From NCBI GenBank assembly GCA_965208575.1, contig CBDBOV010000004.1:192001-256000 (forward strand): a stretch of DNA of 64,000 bases, written 5' to 3'. The DNA is from Spirochaetia bacterium. Lineage in GTDB: Bacteria > Spirochaetota > Spirochaetia > SZUA-6 > Bin103. Shown here in pieces: positions 48,601 through 58,352 of the stretch. Position 1 is the stretch's first letter; every line of letters begins with the position of its first letter. A model generated the notes under the pieces. It did not search any database. It was not told the origin of the DNA and worked only from the letters and a program-made list of their open reading frames with translations. A program made the translations under genes and the position numbers.

Positions 48601-50577
48601 CCGAGGTTTGAGAGGCCGTTCTTGTAACTGTTTCCTATTACAGGAATTAGCGTGTTCATGGGTGTAAATCGTGTCCATGTAAATAGTCCTGTGGTTCAGC
48701 GTTAATTTTCTCTCATCTGGTTGACATGTAATTATTAAATGATCTACCATTCCCTCCGTAGGGTGCCCATGTACATCGACACCGTCCCCAACCGCAACTC
48801 TCCCCCAGCCGTCCTCCTCCGCGAGTCCTTCCGCCAGCACGGCAAGGTCAAAAAACGCACCATCGCCAACCTCTCCAAGTGGCCCGATCACCTCGTCGAG
48901 GGTTTGCGCGTCCTCCTCAACGGCGGTATCGCTCTGCGCTCTCCCAACGAACTGCTCTCCATCTTGCGCAGCTATCCCCACGGCCACGTCGCCGCCGTCC
49001 TCGGTTCCCTCCGCAAGCTCTCCCTCCATTCCCTCGTCGCTCGTCCCGCCTCCCGTGAACGCGACCTGGTCGTCGCCATGATCGTCGCTCGCGTCGTCGA
49101 CGCTCGCTCCAAACTCGCCACCGCTCGCGGCCTGAACCCCGAAAGCGCCGTCTCCTCCCTCGGCCACCTGCTGCAGTTGGGAGCCGTCGACGAGAATGAG
49201 CTGTATGCCGCCATGGATTGGCTGCTCGCTCGCCAGCACGGCATCGAGCAGCGCTTGGCCAAGCGCCATCTGCATGACAACACGCTCATGTTGTACGACC
49301 TGACTTCCAGTTACTTCCATGGCCACACCTGCCCGTTGGCGCGCCGTGGTCACAGCCGCGACGGCAAACGCGGCACCTTGCAGATCGTGTTCGGCCTGCT
49401 GTGTACCGCAGACGGCTGTCCCATCGCCGTCGAGGTATTCGAGGGCTCCACCAGTGACCCCAAGACGGTCGCCGCTCAGGTCGACAAGATTCGCAACCGT
49501 TTCGGCTTGCAGCGCGTCGTGCTGGTCGGCGACCGCGGCATGCTCACCGGCGCGCGCATCCGCGAGGACCTGCAGGGGATCGACGGCCTGCGCTGGATCA
49601 CGACCCTGCGGGCGCCCACCATCCGCAAGCTGATCGAGGCCGGCGAAGTGGCGCAGACCATGTTCGACGAGCGTGACCTGGCGGAGATCAGCTCACCCGA
49701 GTTCCCCGGCGAGCGGCTGATCGTGTGCCGCAACCCGATCCTGGCCGAGCAACGGCAGCGCAAGAGGCAGAAGTTGCTGGCCTCCACGGAGGAGGAACTG
49801 ACGCCGATCGTGACGGCCACGCAGCGCGCCAAAAAGCCGCTGCGCGGCGCCGCCGCGATCGGCCTGCGGGTGGGCAAGGTGATCAACCACTACAAGGTGG
49901 GCAAGCATTTCACCACCACCATCACCGACGACTCGTTCTCGTTCGTGCGTGACCTGGACAAGATCGCGGCCGAGGAAGAACTGGACGGGCTCTACATCGT
50001 GCGCTCCAACGTGGAGCCGGAGCTGTTCGACGCCGAGCAGACGGTGACGGCGTACAAGGATCTGGCCAAGGTGGAGCGCGCCTTCCGCAGCATGAAAACG
50101 GTGGATCTGAAGGTGCGACCGATCTATCACCGCAGTGCTGACCGGGTGCGGGCGCACGTGTTCCTGTGCATGCTGGCCTACTACGTGGAGTGGCACATGC
50201 GCAGCAAGCTGGCGCCGGTGCTGTTCGACGACCACGACCGCGCCGCCGGCGAGGCGCTGCGCGAGTCGGTGGTGCAACCGGCGGAACGCTCACCGGCCGC
50301 ACACCGGAAGGCGGCGAGCAAGCGTACCGACGACGGTCTGCCGGTGCACAGCTTTCGCAGCCTGATGAGCGAGTTGGGGACGCTGACGGCCAACCGCGTG
50401 CGGATAGTGGATAGCGGCGCCACGTTCACCATGCACAGCGAACCGACCGCGCTGCAGCAGCGCTGTTTCGATCTCCTGGAGGTCAGCGCCCAAGTGTAGC
50501 CAGTAACGGACATCGGCTGTTGAGCGCAATTTTCAGATCAATAACGAATTAACAAGATTCCCGCTCTGGAACTTCGG
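48601..50577 (+). mobile_element. IS1634-family insertion sequence, 1977 bp
   Basis: Imperfect terminal IRs CCGAGGTTTGAGAG / CCGAAGTTCCAGAG (11/14); 6-bp target duplication CCTAAC at 48595-48600 and 50578-50583. Confidence 0.9.
48769..50499 (+). CDS. IS1634 family DDE transposase
   Basis: LLRESFR..GKVKKRTIANLS, YDLTSSYF, GHSRDGK, VGDRGM, VERAFR, RPIYH; TTGACA-N18-TACCAT promoter at 48721-48750. Confidence 0.93.
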   Translation: MYIDTVPNRNSPPAVLLRESFRQHGKVKKRTIANLSKWPDHLVEGLRVLLNGGIALRSPNELLSILRSYPHGHVAAVLGSLRKLSLHSLVARPASRERDLVVAMIVARVVDARSKLATARGLNPESAVSSLGHLLQLGAVDENELYAAMDWLLARQHGIEQRLAKRHLHDNTLMLYDLTSSYFHGHTCPLARRGHSRDGKRGTLQIVFGLLCTADGCPIAVEVFEGSTSDPKTVAAQVDKIRNRFGLQRVVLVGDRGMLTGARIREDLQGIDGLRWITTLRAPTIRKLIEAGEVAQTMFDERDLAEISSPEFPGERLIVCRNPILAEQRQRKRQKLLASTEEELTPIVTATQRAKKPLRGAAAIGLRVGKVINHYKVGKHFTTTITDDSFSFVRDLDKIAAEEELDGLYIVRSNVEPELFDAEQTVTAYKDLAKVERAFRSMKTVDLKVRPIYHRSADRVRAHVFLCMLAYYVEWHMRSKLAPVLFDDHDRAAGEALRESVVQPAERSPAAHRKAASKRTDDGLPVHSFRSLMSELGTLTANRVRIVDSGATFTMHSEPTALQQRCFDLLEVSAQV

Positions 50578-50601
50578 CCTAACAAGGCCGGACCCGCCAC
50601 G

Positions 50602-51570
50602 CTACCCCTTCAGCGATCCGATCATCACCCCGGTCATGAAGTAGCGCTGCAGGAACGGGTACAGCAGCAGGATCGGCGCCGAGGCGACCACGATGGCGGA
50701 GAACTTGATCAGCTCGGCCAGCATCTGGATCTCCGCGAACTCGCGCGGGTCGCCGGTGAACATCATCTCCGACAGGCGGGCGCGCAGCAGGATGTCGCGC
50801 AGCACCATCTGCAGCGGGTACTTGTCGGGATCGTTGAGGAAGATCAGCGCCTCGAAGAACGCGTTCCAGTGGAACACGCCGTAGAACAGCACCTCCACGG
50901 CGATGATCGCGGGCGAGATCGGCAGCACGATCTGAAAGAAGAAGCGCGCGGTGCCGCAGCCGTCCACGCGTGCCGCCTCCAGCAGTTCGTCGGGAATGGT
51001 GGTGGCGAAGAAGGTGCGCGCGATGATCAGGTTGACCACGTTGACGGCGGTTGGGAGTACCATGGCGCCGATGGTATTGAGCAGCCCGAGGTTGCGCACC
51101 AGCAGGTAGAGCGGGATCAGGCCGCCGTTGAACAGCATGGTGAACACGATGAACGCGGAGATCAGGTTGCGGCCCTTGAAGTCGCGCCGCGACAGGGCGT
51201 AGCCGGCGAGCACGGTGAGGGTGACGTTGAGCGCCGTGCCGACCCCGGTGTAGATGAAGGTGTTGCGGTAGCCGATCATGATGTTGGGATCGCGAAACAC
51301 GCGCGTATAGCCCTGCAGGGTGAGCCCGCGCGGGTACCAGGTCACCTTGCCGGTGTTCACCAGGCTCGGTTCGCTGATCGAGGAGATCAGCACGAAGTAG
51401 AGCGGGTACACCAGCGCCGCCAGCACCAGCGTCAGGATGGTCAGGTTGACGGCGTCGAACACCCGGTCGGGGGCGCTCGGCCGGGTCCGGCCGCGGCGCC
51501 TCGGGGCGGCCTCCAGGACCCGGTCGAGCGGCTGTCCGGCGGCGCGGCCGCTCAACTCGCGGTCTGCCAT
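50602..51570 (-). CDS. Carbohydrate ABC transporter permease
   Basis: ELLEAARVDG EAA motif, FNGGLIP, YPFLQRYF..GVMIGSLKG. Confidence 0.93.
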   Translation of the reverse strand: MADRELSGRAAGQPLDRVLEAAPRRRGRTRPSAPDRVFDAVNLTILTLVLAALVYPLYFVLISSISEPSLVNTGKVTWYPRGLTLQGYTRVFRDPNIMIGYRNTFIYTGVGTALNVTLTVLAGYALSRRDFKGRNLISAFIVFTMLFNGGLIPLYLLVRNLGLLNTIGAMVLPTAVNVVNLIIARTFFATTIPDELLEAARVDGCGTARFFFQIVLPISPAIIAVEVLFYGVFHWNAFFEALIFLNDPDKYPLQMVLRDILLRARLSEMMFTGDPREFAEIQMLAELIKFSAIVVASAPILLLYPFLQRYFMTGVMIGSLKG

Positions 51571-51589
51571 CGCTCCCCTGCCACTCCGG

Positions 51590-52555
51590 CTACCACAGGC
51601 TGTTGCCGGTGACCCGCTTGGAAATCTGGTTGACGAGCAGAATCAGCGCCAGGTTGATCACCGCGTTGAACAGCCCCACCGCGGCCGAGAAGCTGAACTG
51701 CGCCCCGATCAGGCCCTGCTTGTAGACGTAGGTGGGGATGATCTCCGAGGCGTCCATGTTGAGTTCGGTCTGCATCAGGAACGCCTTCTGGAAGCCGATG
51801 TCCATGAGCCGCCCGACGCGCAGGATCAACAGCACGATGGCGGTGGGAAGGATGCCGGGGATGTCGATGTGGATGATGCGCTGCAGCTTGGTGGCGCCGT
51901 CGACGATCGCGGCTTCGTGCAGCTCCGGGTTGATGGTGCTGAGCACCGCGAGGTAGATGATGGCGGCGAAGCCGGTCTCCTTCCAGATCTCGGTGCCCAC
52001 GTAGACGTGCCGGAACCAGGCGGCGCTGCCCATGAAGTCGGTCGCCCCGCCGCCGAGGAACATGATCAGGCGGTTGACCACGCCGTTGGTAGGCGACAGG
52101 AACAGGAAGATCATGCCGATGAACACCACCATCGAGATGAAGTAAGGGACGTAGGAGGCGGTCTGCAGGGTCTTGCGCAGCAGCGGATACTCGACCTGGT
52201 TGACCATCAGCGCGAAGGCGATCGGCACCGGGAACGCCGCCACCAGCACGTACACGCTGATCAGGATGGTGTTGCGAATGAGCAGTTCGAAGAAGTAGGA
52301 GTTGAAGAACCGTTCGAAGTGGGCGAAGCCGGCCCAGGGGCTGCCCAGGATGCCCTTGATCGGCGTGAAGTTCTTGAACGCGATGACCGCCCCGTACATC
52401 GGCCAGTAGTGGAAAATGACGAAGTAGAGGACGGTCGGCAGCACGAACAGGTACAGCACCCAGTTCTCGCGCAGGTAGCGCGCCAGCGGTTGTCCCCTCG
52501 TTGCCGTGGCCTGGAGATCCTGGCCGGCAGGCGATTCCTGGATATCGGTTGCCAT
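51590..52555 (-). CDS. Carbohydrate ABC transporter permease (LplB-like)
   Basis: YWPMYG..IAFK, PYFISMVV, ELHEAAIVDGA, AAVGLFN. Confidence 0.93.
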   Translation of the reverse strand: MATDIQESPAGQDLQATATRGQPLARYLRENWVLYLFVLPTVLYFVIFHYWPMYGAVIAFKNFTPIKGILGSPWAGFAHFERFFNSYFFELLIRNTILISVYVLVAAFPVPIAFALMVNQVEYPLLRKTLQTASYVPYFISMVVFIGMIFLFLSPTNGVVNRLIMFLGGGATDFMGSAAWFRHVYVGTEIWKETGFAAIIYLAVLSTINPELHEAAIVDGATKLQRIIHIDIPGILPTAIVLLILRVGRLMDIGFQKAFLMQTELNMDASEIIPTYVYKQGLIGAQFSFSAAVGLFNAVINLALILLVNQISKRVTGNSLW

Positions 52556-52702
52556 CGTGTTCCGTGTTGCCGGTGACGCTAGCACGCGCCCGGAGGGTGG
52601 TCAACCGTTCCCGGCGTCGTGGGCGTCGTGACGGCACGGTGCTGTGGGAGGTCAATCGTGGTTCCGGGTGACACGGGCCGGCGCATGCGGGATGATGGGC
52701 GC

Positions 52703-53983
52703 GTGAACGTAGAACTGGTGGCGATCGGCTCCGAGCTGCTGCTCGGCCAGATCGTGGACAGCAACTCGGCGTGGATGGCGCAGCGGCTGGCCGAGGTGGG
52801 CGCCAACCTGTTTCGCAAGACCACCGTGGGCGACAACCTGGAGCGCATGGCAGACGTGCTCGGCGGCGCGATGGCGCGGGCCGACTGCGTGATCACCGGC
52901 GGCGGACTTGGCCCGACCGAGGACGATCTGACCCGCCAGGCGGTGGCCAGGGTGACCGGACGCCCGCTGCACCCCCACCCCGACGCCCTGCACGACCTCC
53001 AGGAGCGGTTCCGCTCGCGTGGATTCGTGCTCACGCCCAACAACGAGAAGCAGGCGCTGCTGCCGCGCGGTGCGATTCTGGTGCAAAACCCGAACGGCAC
53101 CGCTCCCGCGTTCGTCGTCGAGGACGACCGCTGCACCATCATCTGCCTGCCGGGCGTACCGTTCGAGATGAAGTGGCTGATGGAGCACGTCGTGGTGCCC
53201 TATCTCCGCCGGCGCTGGCGGCTCAAGCAGGTGATCCACCACCGGGTGCTCAAGGTGGGCGAGCTTGGCGAGAGCGCCGTGGATCACCGCATCGGCGCCA
53301 TCATGACCGCCTCGACCAATCCCAAGGTAGGGGTGCTGGCGCACCCGGGGCAGGTCGACGTGCGCATCAGCGCCCGCGCCGATTCGGAGGAGGCCGCCCG
53401 CCGCCTGATCGAGCCGACCGAAGCCGGGATCCGGGCAGCCCTGGGCGATCACGTCTTTGCGGTCGACGAGGAGACCCTGGAGAGCGTGGTCGCGGCCGCG
53501 CTCGCGCGGCGCGGCTGGCAAGTGGCTAGCTACGAGGATCGCACCGGCGGCACGGTCGCCGCGGCGCTCCGGGAGGCGGCCGGTGAGCGGTTCGTGGAGG
53601 GGCGCATCGTCACCGCCGACGCCGCCCGCGTGCGCCTGGCCGATGCCGCCGGCGAGGGAACGGATGGGTCGGGCGGGGCACTGGCGTCGGCCCTGGCCCG
53701 CGCCGTGTGCCGGCTCAGCGGCGCCGACGTGGCCCTCGCGGTGCACTCCACCGACGCTGCAGCGGCGGGCTCCGGTGGCGGCGCCGACGGGCAGATGGCG
53801 GGCGCCGCTACGGTCGCGGCGTCCGCCGAGCCGCAGAACCTCGGTCCCGGCAACACGTGGCTGGCGGTTGCCGGGGCGACCGGCGAGCACAGCCATCACC
53901 TGGGCATCGGCGTGCGAGGTCAGGTGGACCGGCGCCGGGCCGCCGTCGCTGCCTTGAGCCTGTTGCGCCGCTCACTGTTGTGA
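52703..53983 (+). CDS. cinA: CinA-family protein (COG1058 domain plus a degenerate PncC domain)
   Basis: IGSELLLG..VDSN, VGDN, TGGGLGPTEDDLT, GTAP, LPGVPFEM; start inferred. Confidence 0.85.
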   Translation: MNVELVAIGSELLLGQIVDSNSAWMAQRLAEVGANLFRKTTVGDNLERMADVLGGAMARADCVITGGGLGPTEDDLTRQAVARVTGRPLHPHPDALHDLQERFRSRGFVLTPNNEKQALLPRGAILVQNPNGTAPAFVVEDDRCTIICLPGVPFEMKWLMEHVVVPYLRRRWRLKQVIHHRVLKVGELGESAVDHRIGAIMTASTNPKVGVLAHPGQVDVRISARADSEEAARRLIEPTEAGIRAALGDHVFAVDEETLESVVAAALARRGWQVASYEDRTGGTVAAALREAAGERFVEGRIVTADAARVRLADAAGEGTDGSGGALASALARAVCRLSGADVALAVHSTDAAAAGSGGGADGQMAGAATVAASAEPQNLGPGNTWLAVAGATGEHSHHLGIGVRGQVDRRRAAVAALSLLRRSLL

Positions 53984-54015
53984 TCCGGTCGCGCCGCATC
54001 CGCACCGGCCACTGA

Positions 54016-55731
54016 GTGATCACCTCCCGCCGGTTGCCGATCGACCGCCGCTACCTGCACATCCCGGTGCGCTGCGACGCCCGCGCCGGGTTGATGCGCG
54101 TGCACGCCGGCGGCAGGCAGGTGCTCAAGTTCGCCGCCAAGGTCACCGCGGCGCATCCCGACTACGTGACCTTCGCCGACCTGGAACCGTTCCGCGGCCG
54201 GACCCTGGAAATCACCTTCGACAGCGGTCCGGAGCCGGGCGTCGCGCTGGACGGACTGGCACTCGCCGACGCGCTGCCGGATGCCGACGGCATCTACCGC
54301 GAACGCTACCGCCCGCAGTTCCACTTCTCGTCGCGGCGCGGCTTCATCAACGACCCCAACGGGCTGGTGTACTTCGCCGGCGAATACCACCTGTTCTACC
54401 AGCACCAGCCGTTCGGCACCGACATTGGCCACGACCTCAAGTTCTGGGGACACGCCGTGAGCCGCGACCTGGTGCACTGGGAAGAGCTGCCGCCGGCCCT
54501 GGCGCCCGACGAACACGGCGCCATGTACTCCGGGTCGGCGGTCGTGGATTGGCACAACACGAGCGGCCTGCAGAGCGGCGGCGATCCGCCGCTGGTGGCG
54601 CTGTACACCGCCGACGGCCGCTCAGCCGACGAGGAACGCCCGTTCACGCAGTGCCTGGCGTACAGCAACGACCGCGGGCGCACCTGGAGCAAGCACCCCG
54701 ACAATCCGGTTGTGCCGCACATTGCCGGCCTCAACCGCGACCCGCGCGTGTTCTGGCACCAGCCGCAGGGCTGCTGGGTGATGGTGCTGTACCTGGATGA
54801 CGACCGGTTCGCCCTGCTCACCTCGCCCAACCTGCGCGAGTGGAGCCGGCGTCACGAGGTGCGCCTCCCCACCCATAGCTGCCCCGACCTGTTTCAGCTC
54901 GCGGTGGACGGCGATCCGGATGATCTGCGCTGGGTGCTGTGGGCCGCGGACACCCAGTACCTCCTGGGCAGCTTCGACGGCGAACGGTTCGTCCCGGACG
55001 CGGCGGACGGCGGCGCGCGGGAGTTGCGCCAGCAGCCGCTGGGCACCGCGTACGCCGGCCAGACCTGGAGCGACCTTCCGGCGGACGACGGGCGCGTGTT
55101 GCAGATCGCCTGGCTGCGCACCACGACGCCGGGCATGCCGTTCACCCATTGCATGACGCTCCCCTGCGAACTGACCCTGCGCCGCACTGCGCGCGGCGTG
55201 CGGCTGTGCGCGGTGCCGGCGCGCGAACTGCAGGCGCTGCGCCGCGGCCATCGCCGCTGGCGGGGCCTGGTGCTGGATCCCGGCGCGGTGCCGCCGCCGG
55301 CACCTCCCTTCCTCGGCGTGCCGGTGCGGCATGGTGATTGGGGAGTCGTGCCGCTGGCGCGCATGCCGGACACCGCGGAGGTGGTGGTGGAACTGGAGCC
55401 CGGCGGCGCGGATGTCGTGGCGGTGGTGCTGCGCGGCATCTGGATCGTATATGATGCCGGTGCCCGCGCGCTGTCGTGTACGTTGGGGCGGCGCGGGTCG
55501 GGCAATCCGGCCGGGACCGCGATCGAGTTGAAGCGCGGACTGCTGCGACTTCACGTCTTGCTGGACCGTGCATCGATCGAGGTGTTCGGCGCCGACGGCG
55601 AGGTGGTGATCCCGCTCGGCGTCGTACCGGTGGATGACGCCAACGAACTGGCGGTGGCGGCACGCGGCGGGATAGCACGGCTGCGTTGCCTGGACCTGTG
55701 GCGCCTCGCGTCGATCTGGAACGAGGAGTGA
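54016..55731 (+). CDS. Glycoside hydrolase family 32 (levanase-like) protein with an altered acid/base residue
   Basis: RPQFHF, FINDPNG, WGHAVS.DL.HW, YSGSAV, RDP; HSCPD in place of ECPD; DRASIEVF beta-sandwich. Confidence 0.9.
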   Translation: MITSRRLPIDRRYLHIPVRCDARAGLMRVHAGGRQVLKFAAKVTAAHPDYVTFADLEPFRGRTLEITFDSGPEPGVALDGLALADALPDADGIYRERYRPQFHFSSRRGFINDPNGLVYFAGEYHLFYQHQPFGTDIGHDLKFWGHAVSRDLVHWEELPPALAPDEHGAMYSGSAVVDWHNTSGLQSGGDPPLVALYTADGRSADEERPFTQCLAYSNDRGRTWSKHPDNPVVPHIAGLNRDPRVFWHQPQGCWVMVLYLDDDRFALLTSPNLREWSRRHEVRLPTHSCPDLFQLAVDGDPDDLRWVLWAADTQYLLGSFDGERFVPDAADGGARELRQQPLGTAYAGQTWSDLPADDGRVLQIAWLRTTTPGMPFTHCMTLPCELTLRRTARGVRLCAVPARELQALRRGHRRWRGLVLDPGAVPPPAPPFLGVPVRHGDWGVVPLARMPDTAEVVVELEPGGADVVAVVLRGIWIVYDAGARALSCTLGRRGSGNPAGTAIELKRGLLRLHVLLDRASIEVFGADGEVVIPLGVVPVDDANELAVAARGGIARLRCLDLWRLASIWNEE

Positions 55732-56522
55732 CAAAAGAAGTGGAAGATGCTGTTCAGGAATTGAAGGCCGGAGCGCAACTCTACACCGTGCGCGATTACA
55801 CGCAGACGGCGAGCGGCGCGGCGGAGTCGTTGCGCAAGGTGGCCGAGATCGGTTACCGCGCCGTACAGGTATCCGCCTTCGGTCCGATTGCGCCGCCGGA
55901 GGTGGCGCGGATGGCAAGCGACAACGGCCTCGAGATCGTCGCCACCCACTTCGCCTGGGACGAGTTCCGCGACAACACCGAACACATGGTGGAAGTGCAC
56001 CAGGCGTGGGGCTGCCCGCACGCCGCGATCGGCGGCCTGCCCGCGGAGTACTTCCAGGCCGGCGGCGCGGCGCGCTTTGCCGGCGAGCTGGCCCCCGTCG
56101 CGGAGCGGCTGGCGGCGGCCGGGATCGACTTCTCCTACCACAACCACAGCCACGAGCTGGTCCGCTACGGCGCCACCACCTGGCTGCACCAAGTGTACGA
56201 CGCGGCGCCTCCCGAGCACCTCAAGGCGGAACTGGACGTGTACTGGCTGGCCGCCGGCGGTGCCGACCCGGCGCAGTGGATCGGCGACCTCGGAGCTCGG
56301 CAGCCGGTCATCCACTTCAAGGACATGGTGGTCCTGCCGGATCGCACGCAGCGCTTCGCCCCGGTCGGCGCCGGTAACCTGAACTGGCCGCGCATCGTGG
56401 CGGCGTGCCGCGGCGCGGGCGTGGAATGGGCGCTGGTCGAGCAGGACCAGACCTACGGTGCCGACCCGTTCGCGGAACTGGCGGCGAGCCTGCGCTTTCT
56501 GCACGGCATGGGAATCGGTTAG
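55728..56522 (+). CDS. Sugar phosphate isomerase/epimerase (AP_endonuc_2 TIM barrel)
   Basis: GAQLYTVRD, YHNH..E, ELDVYW, HFKD, VEQD. Confidence 0.9.
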   Translation: MTKEVEDAVQELKAGAQLYTVRDYTQTASGAAESLRKVAEIGYRAVQVSAFGPIAPPEVARMASDNGLEIVATHFAWDEFRDNTEHMVEVHQAWGCPHAAIGGLPAEYFQAGGAARFAGELAPVAERLAAAGIDFSYHNHSHELVRYGATTWLHQVYDAAPPEHLKAELDVYWLAAGGADPAQWIGDLGARQPVIHFKDMVVLPDRTQRFAPVGAGNLNWPRIVAACRGAGVEWALVEQDQTYGADPFAELAASLRFLHGMGIG

Positions 56523-56530
56523 CCCGGGCG

Positions 56531-57193
56531 ATGACGGCGGCAGTGGACCACCTGGTGTACGGGGTGCCGGAGCTGGCAGCGGGGATTGCACGAATCGCCG
56601 AGCTGCTTGGCGTTACCCCCGCTCCCGGCGGCAGCCATGAAGGGCGTGGTAGCCACAACGCGCTCCTTTCGCTCGGCGACGACGCGTACCTCGAAATCAT
56701 CGCGCCCGACCCGGCGCAGCCGCGGCCGCGGCGCCCGCGGCCGTTCGGCCTCGACTCGCTCGCCACGCCCCGCCTGGTGACCTTCGCGGTGCATGCCGAT
56801 CGCACCGGCGCGGCAGAGCCGGCGGCGGCGGAGGATCGGCTGGAACGCTGGCGTGCGCACGCCGCGGCACACGGCTACGACGCGGGCCCGGTGGCAGCCG
56901 GAAGCCGCCGCCGGGGCGACGGCTCGTTGTTGTACTGGCACCTGTGCCAGCACCAGGAACTGCCGTTCGACGGCGCGGTGCCGTTCCTGATCGATTGGGG
57001 CGCGGCCGACTCTCCCGCGGCATCCGCCCCGGCGGGCTGCCGGTTGCTGGACCTCGAGGTGCAGTCTCCCGAACCGGGAGCCGTCGGTCCCGCGCTACGC
57101 GCGCTCGGTGTACCGGTGGCGGTGCGGGCCGCGGATCGCCCCGGGCTGCGCGCCACGGTGGCCACCCCGCGCGGCTCGGTCCAGTTGACCTGA
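56531..57193 (+). CDS. VOC family protein (Glyoxalase_3)
   Basis: VDHLVYGV, PGGSHEGRGSHNALLSLG...YLEIIAPDP, PFLIDWG. Confidence 0.9.
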   Translation: MTAAVDHLVYGVPELAAGIARIAELLGVTPAPGGSHEGRGSHNALLSLGDDAYLEIIAPDPAQPRPRRPRPFGLDSLATPRLVTFAVHADRTGAAEPAAAEDRLERWRAHAAAHGYDAGPVAAGSRRRGDGSLLYWHLCQHQELPFDGAVPFLIDWGAADSPAASAPAGCRLLDLEVQSPEPGAVGPALRALGVPVAVRAADRPGLRATVATPRGSVQLT

Positions 57194-57200
57194 TCCCGCG

Positions 57201-58241
57201 CTACTCGGCGCACTTCGTGTCGAAGGTAGCCGATCCGTCGACCGTGAGATACAACAGATCGGTCAGTTCGCACGACCGGCCCCCAACGGACACACTCAAG
57301 CCCAATACCTTGACCTCGCCAGATGTGGGATCCGGGTAGGCTCGCACATCGCCCCTCCCGGCGATGCGCACCCGTAGCGAAGCGCGCTTGATCATCGGTT
57401 CGTTCTCGTGGACACGGCTGCCACAATTACGTCGTGCGCTCCAAGGAGCCAGATCCCGGTAGGTCCGGAAGGCAGGATGCGCCCGGTCGCAACGATAAGT
57501 AGACCGCCCGTCCGGCAACCTGGAGAACCTGACCCACGGCGGATCGGACACCTGCCGGCCCTCGGTGCATTTCAGCAGGGGCACAGGATCCCTCGTGCGC
57601 ACCGTGAAGACAGGCGACCATGCGCCGACATTCGTACCGTCGCCCCTCGCGCGAACCCGTACCGTGTACTCGGTACCTGCTTTCAGCCCCGTAATGGTGT
57701 AGTGCGTGACCTTCGAACTCTGCATGATCGTCGCATCCGGGAACGGGTCGCCTGCGCGAGTCCAGGCCAGTTCGTACGTTTTGACGGGCCAGGTCGAGCT
57801 GGTCGCCTTAGGCCACCTCACCGTTATTCGGTTCTGTTGTTGCGGCTCGCGGCCCAGTCTGTACCCCAGCCGAAGCACCAGAGGTGGAGTGTGGCCCGCC
57901 GGCGGGGGCGTAGAGGCTGAAGATGGGGCGGGAGGGCGCTTGTACGGATCGTCGTAGAACAAGACCTTGCAGTATCGTCCCGGGACCCTCGGACTGCCCG
58001 GCGTGCCGGAAGGCACGCCGGTGGAGGGTGGCGGCGTCTCGGGCTCGGGCGGCGTCTCGGGCTCAGGCGGCGTCTCCGGCTCGGGCGGCGTTGGAACTGG
58101 CTCCGGTAGCGGCGCTTCGGCGGTGGAGGTCGTGGCCCCTCCCCTTCCGGAAGTGGCCAAACTGCAGCCCGTCATCGACAGAGACAGGACCACTGCCACG
58201 GTCAGCGCCATGGCACGTTGCCCGCTGAGTGTGCCGTTCAT
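57201..58241 (-). CDS. Lipoprotein with Pro-rich PEPET repeats and a fibronectin type III domain (copy A)
   Basis: Lipobox-like SMTGC; (PPEPET)x3; ITVRW...YELAW...YTITGLKAGTEYTVRVRA...GAWS. Confidence 0.8.
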   Translation of the reverse strand: MNGTLSGQRAMALTVAVVLSLSMTGCSLATSGRGGATTSTAEAPLPEPVPTPPEPETPPEPETPPEPETPPPSTGVPSGTPGSPRVPGRYCKVLFYDDPYKRPPAPSSASTPPPAGHTPPLVLRLGYRLGREPQQQNRITVRWPKATSSTWPVKTYELAWTRAGDPFPDATIMQSSKVTHYTITGLKAGTEYTVRVRARGDGTNVGAWSPVFTVRTRDPVPLLKCTEGRQVSDPPWVRFSRLPDGRSTYRCDRAHPAFRTYRDLAPWSARRNCGSRVHENEPMIKRASLRVRIAGRGDVRAYPDPTSGEVKVLGLSVSVGGRSCELTDLLYLTVDGSATFDTKCAE

Positions 58242-58352
58242 GGGGAGGAGTATATACTGACACGGAGTAGAATATCATGATGCTACGCATGTGGTAGAAT
58301 CTGATTCTCTGATTTGATTCCATTGTTTGACCAACACCCGAAACACCTCGAC

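Noticed and set aside
46900-49353. 817-aa ORF as a fusion protein
   Set aside because: The N-terminal part is the antisense frame of the IS1634 transposase; the SBP starts at 48555 with its own SD and signal peptide.
58030-58090. 18-bp tandem repeats as a non-coding element
   Set aside because: They encode the PPEPET linker of the lipoprotein.
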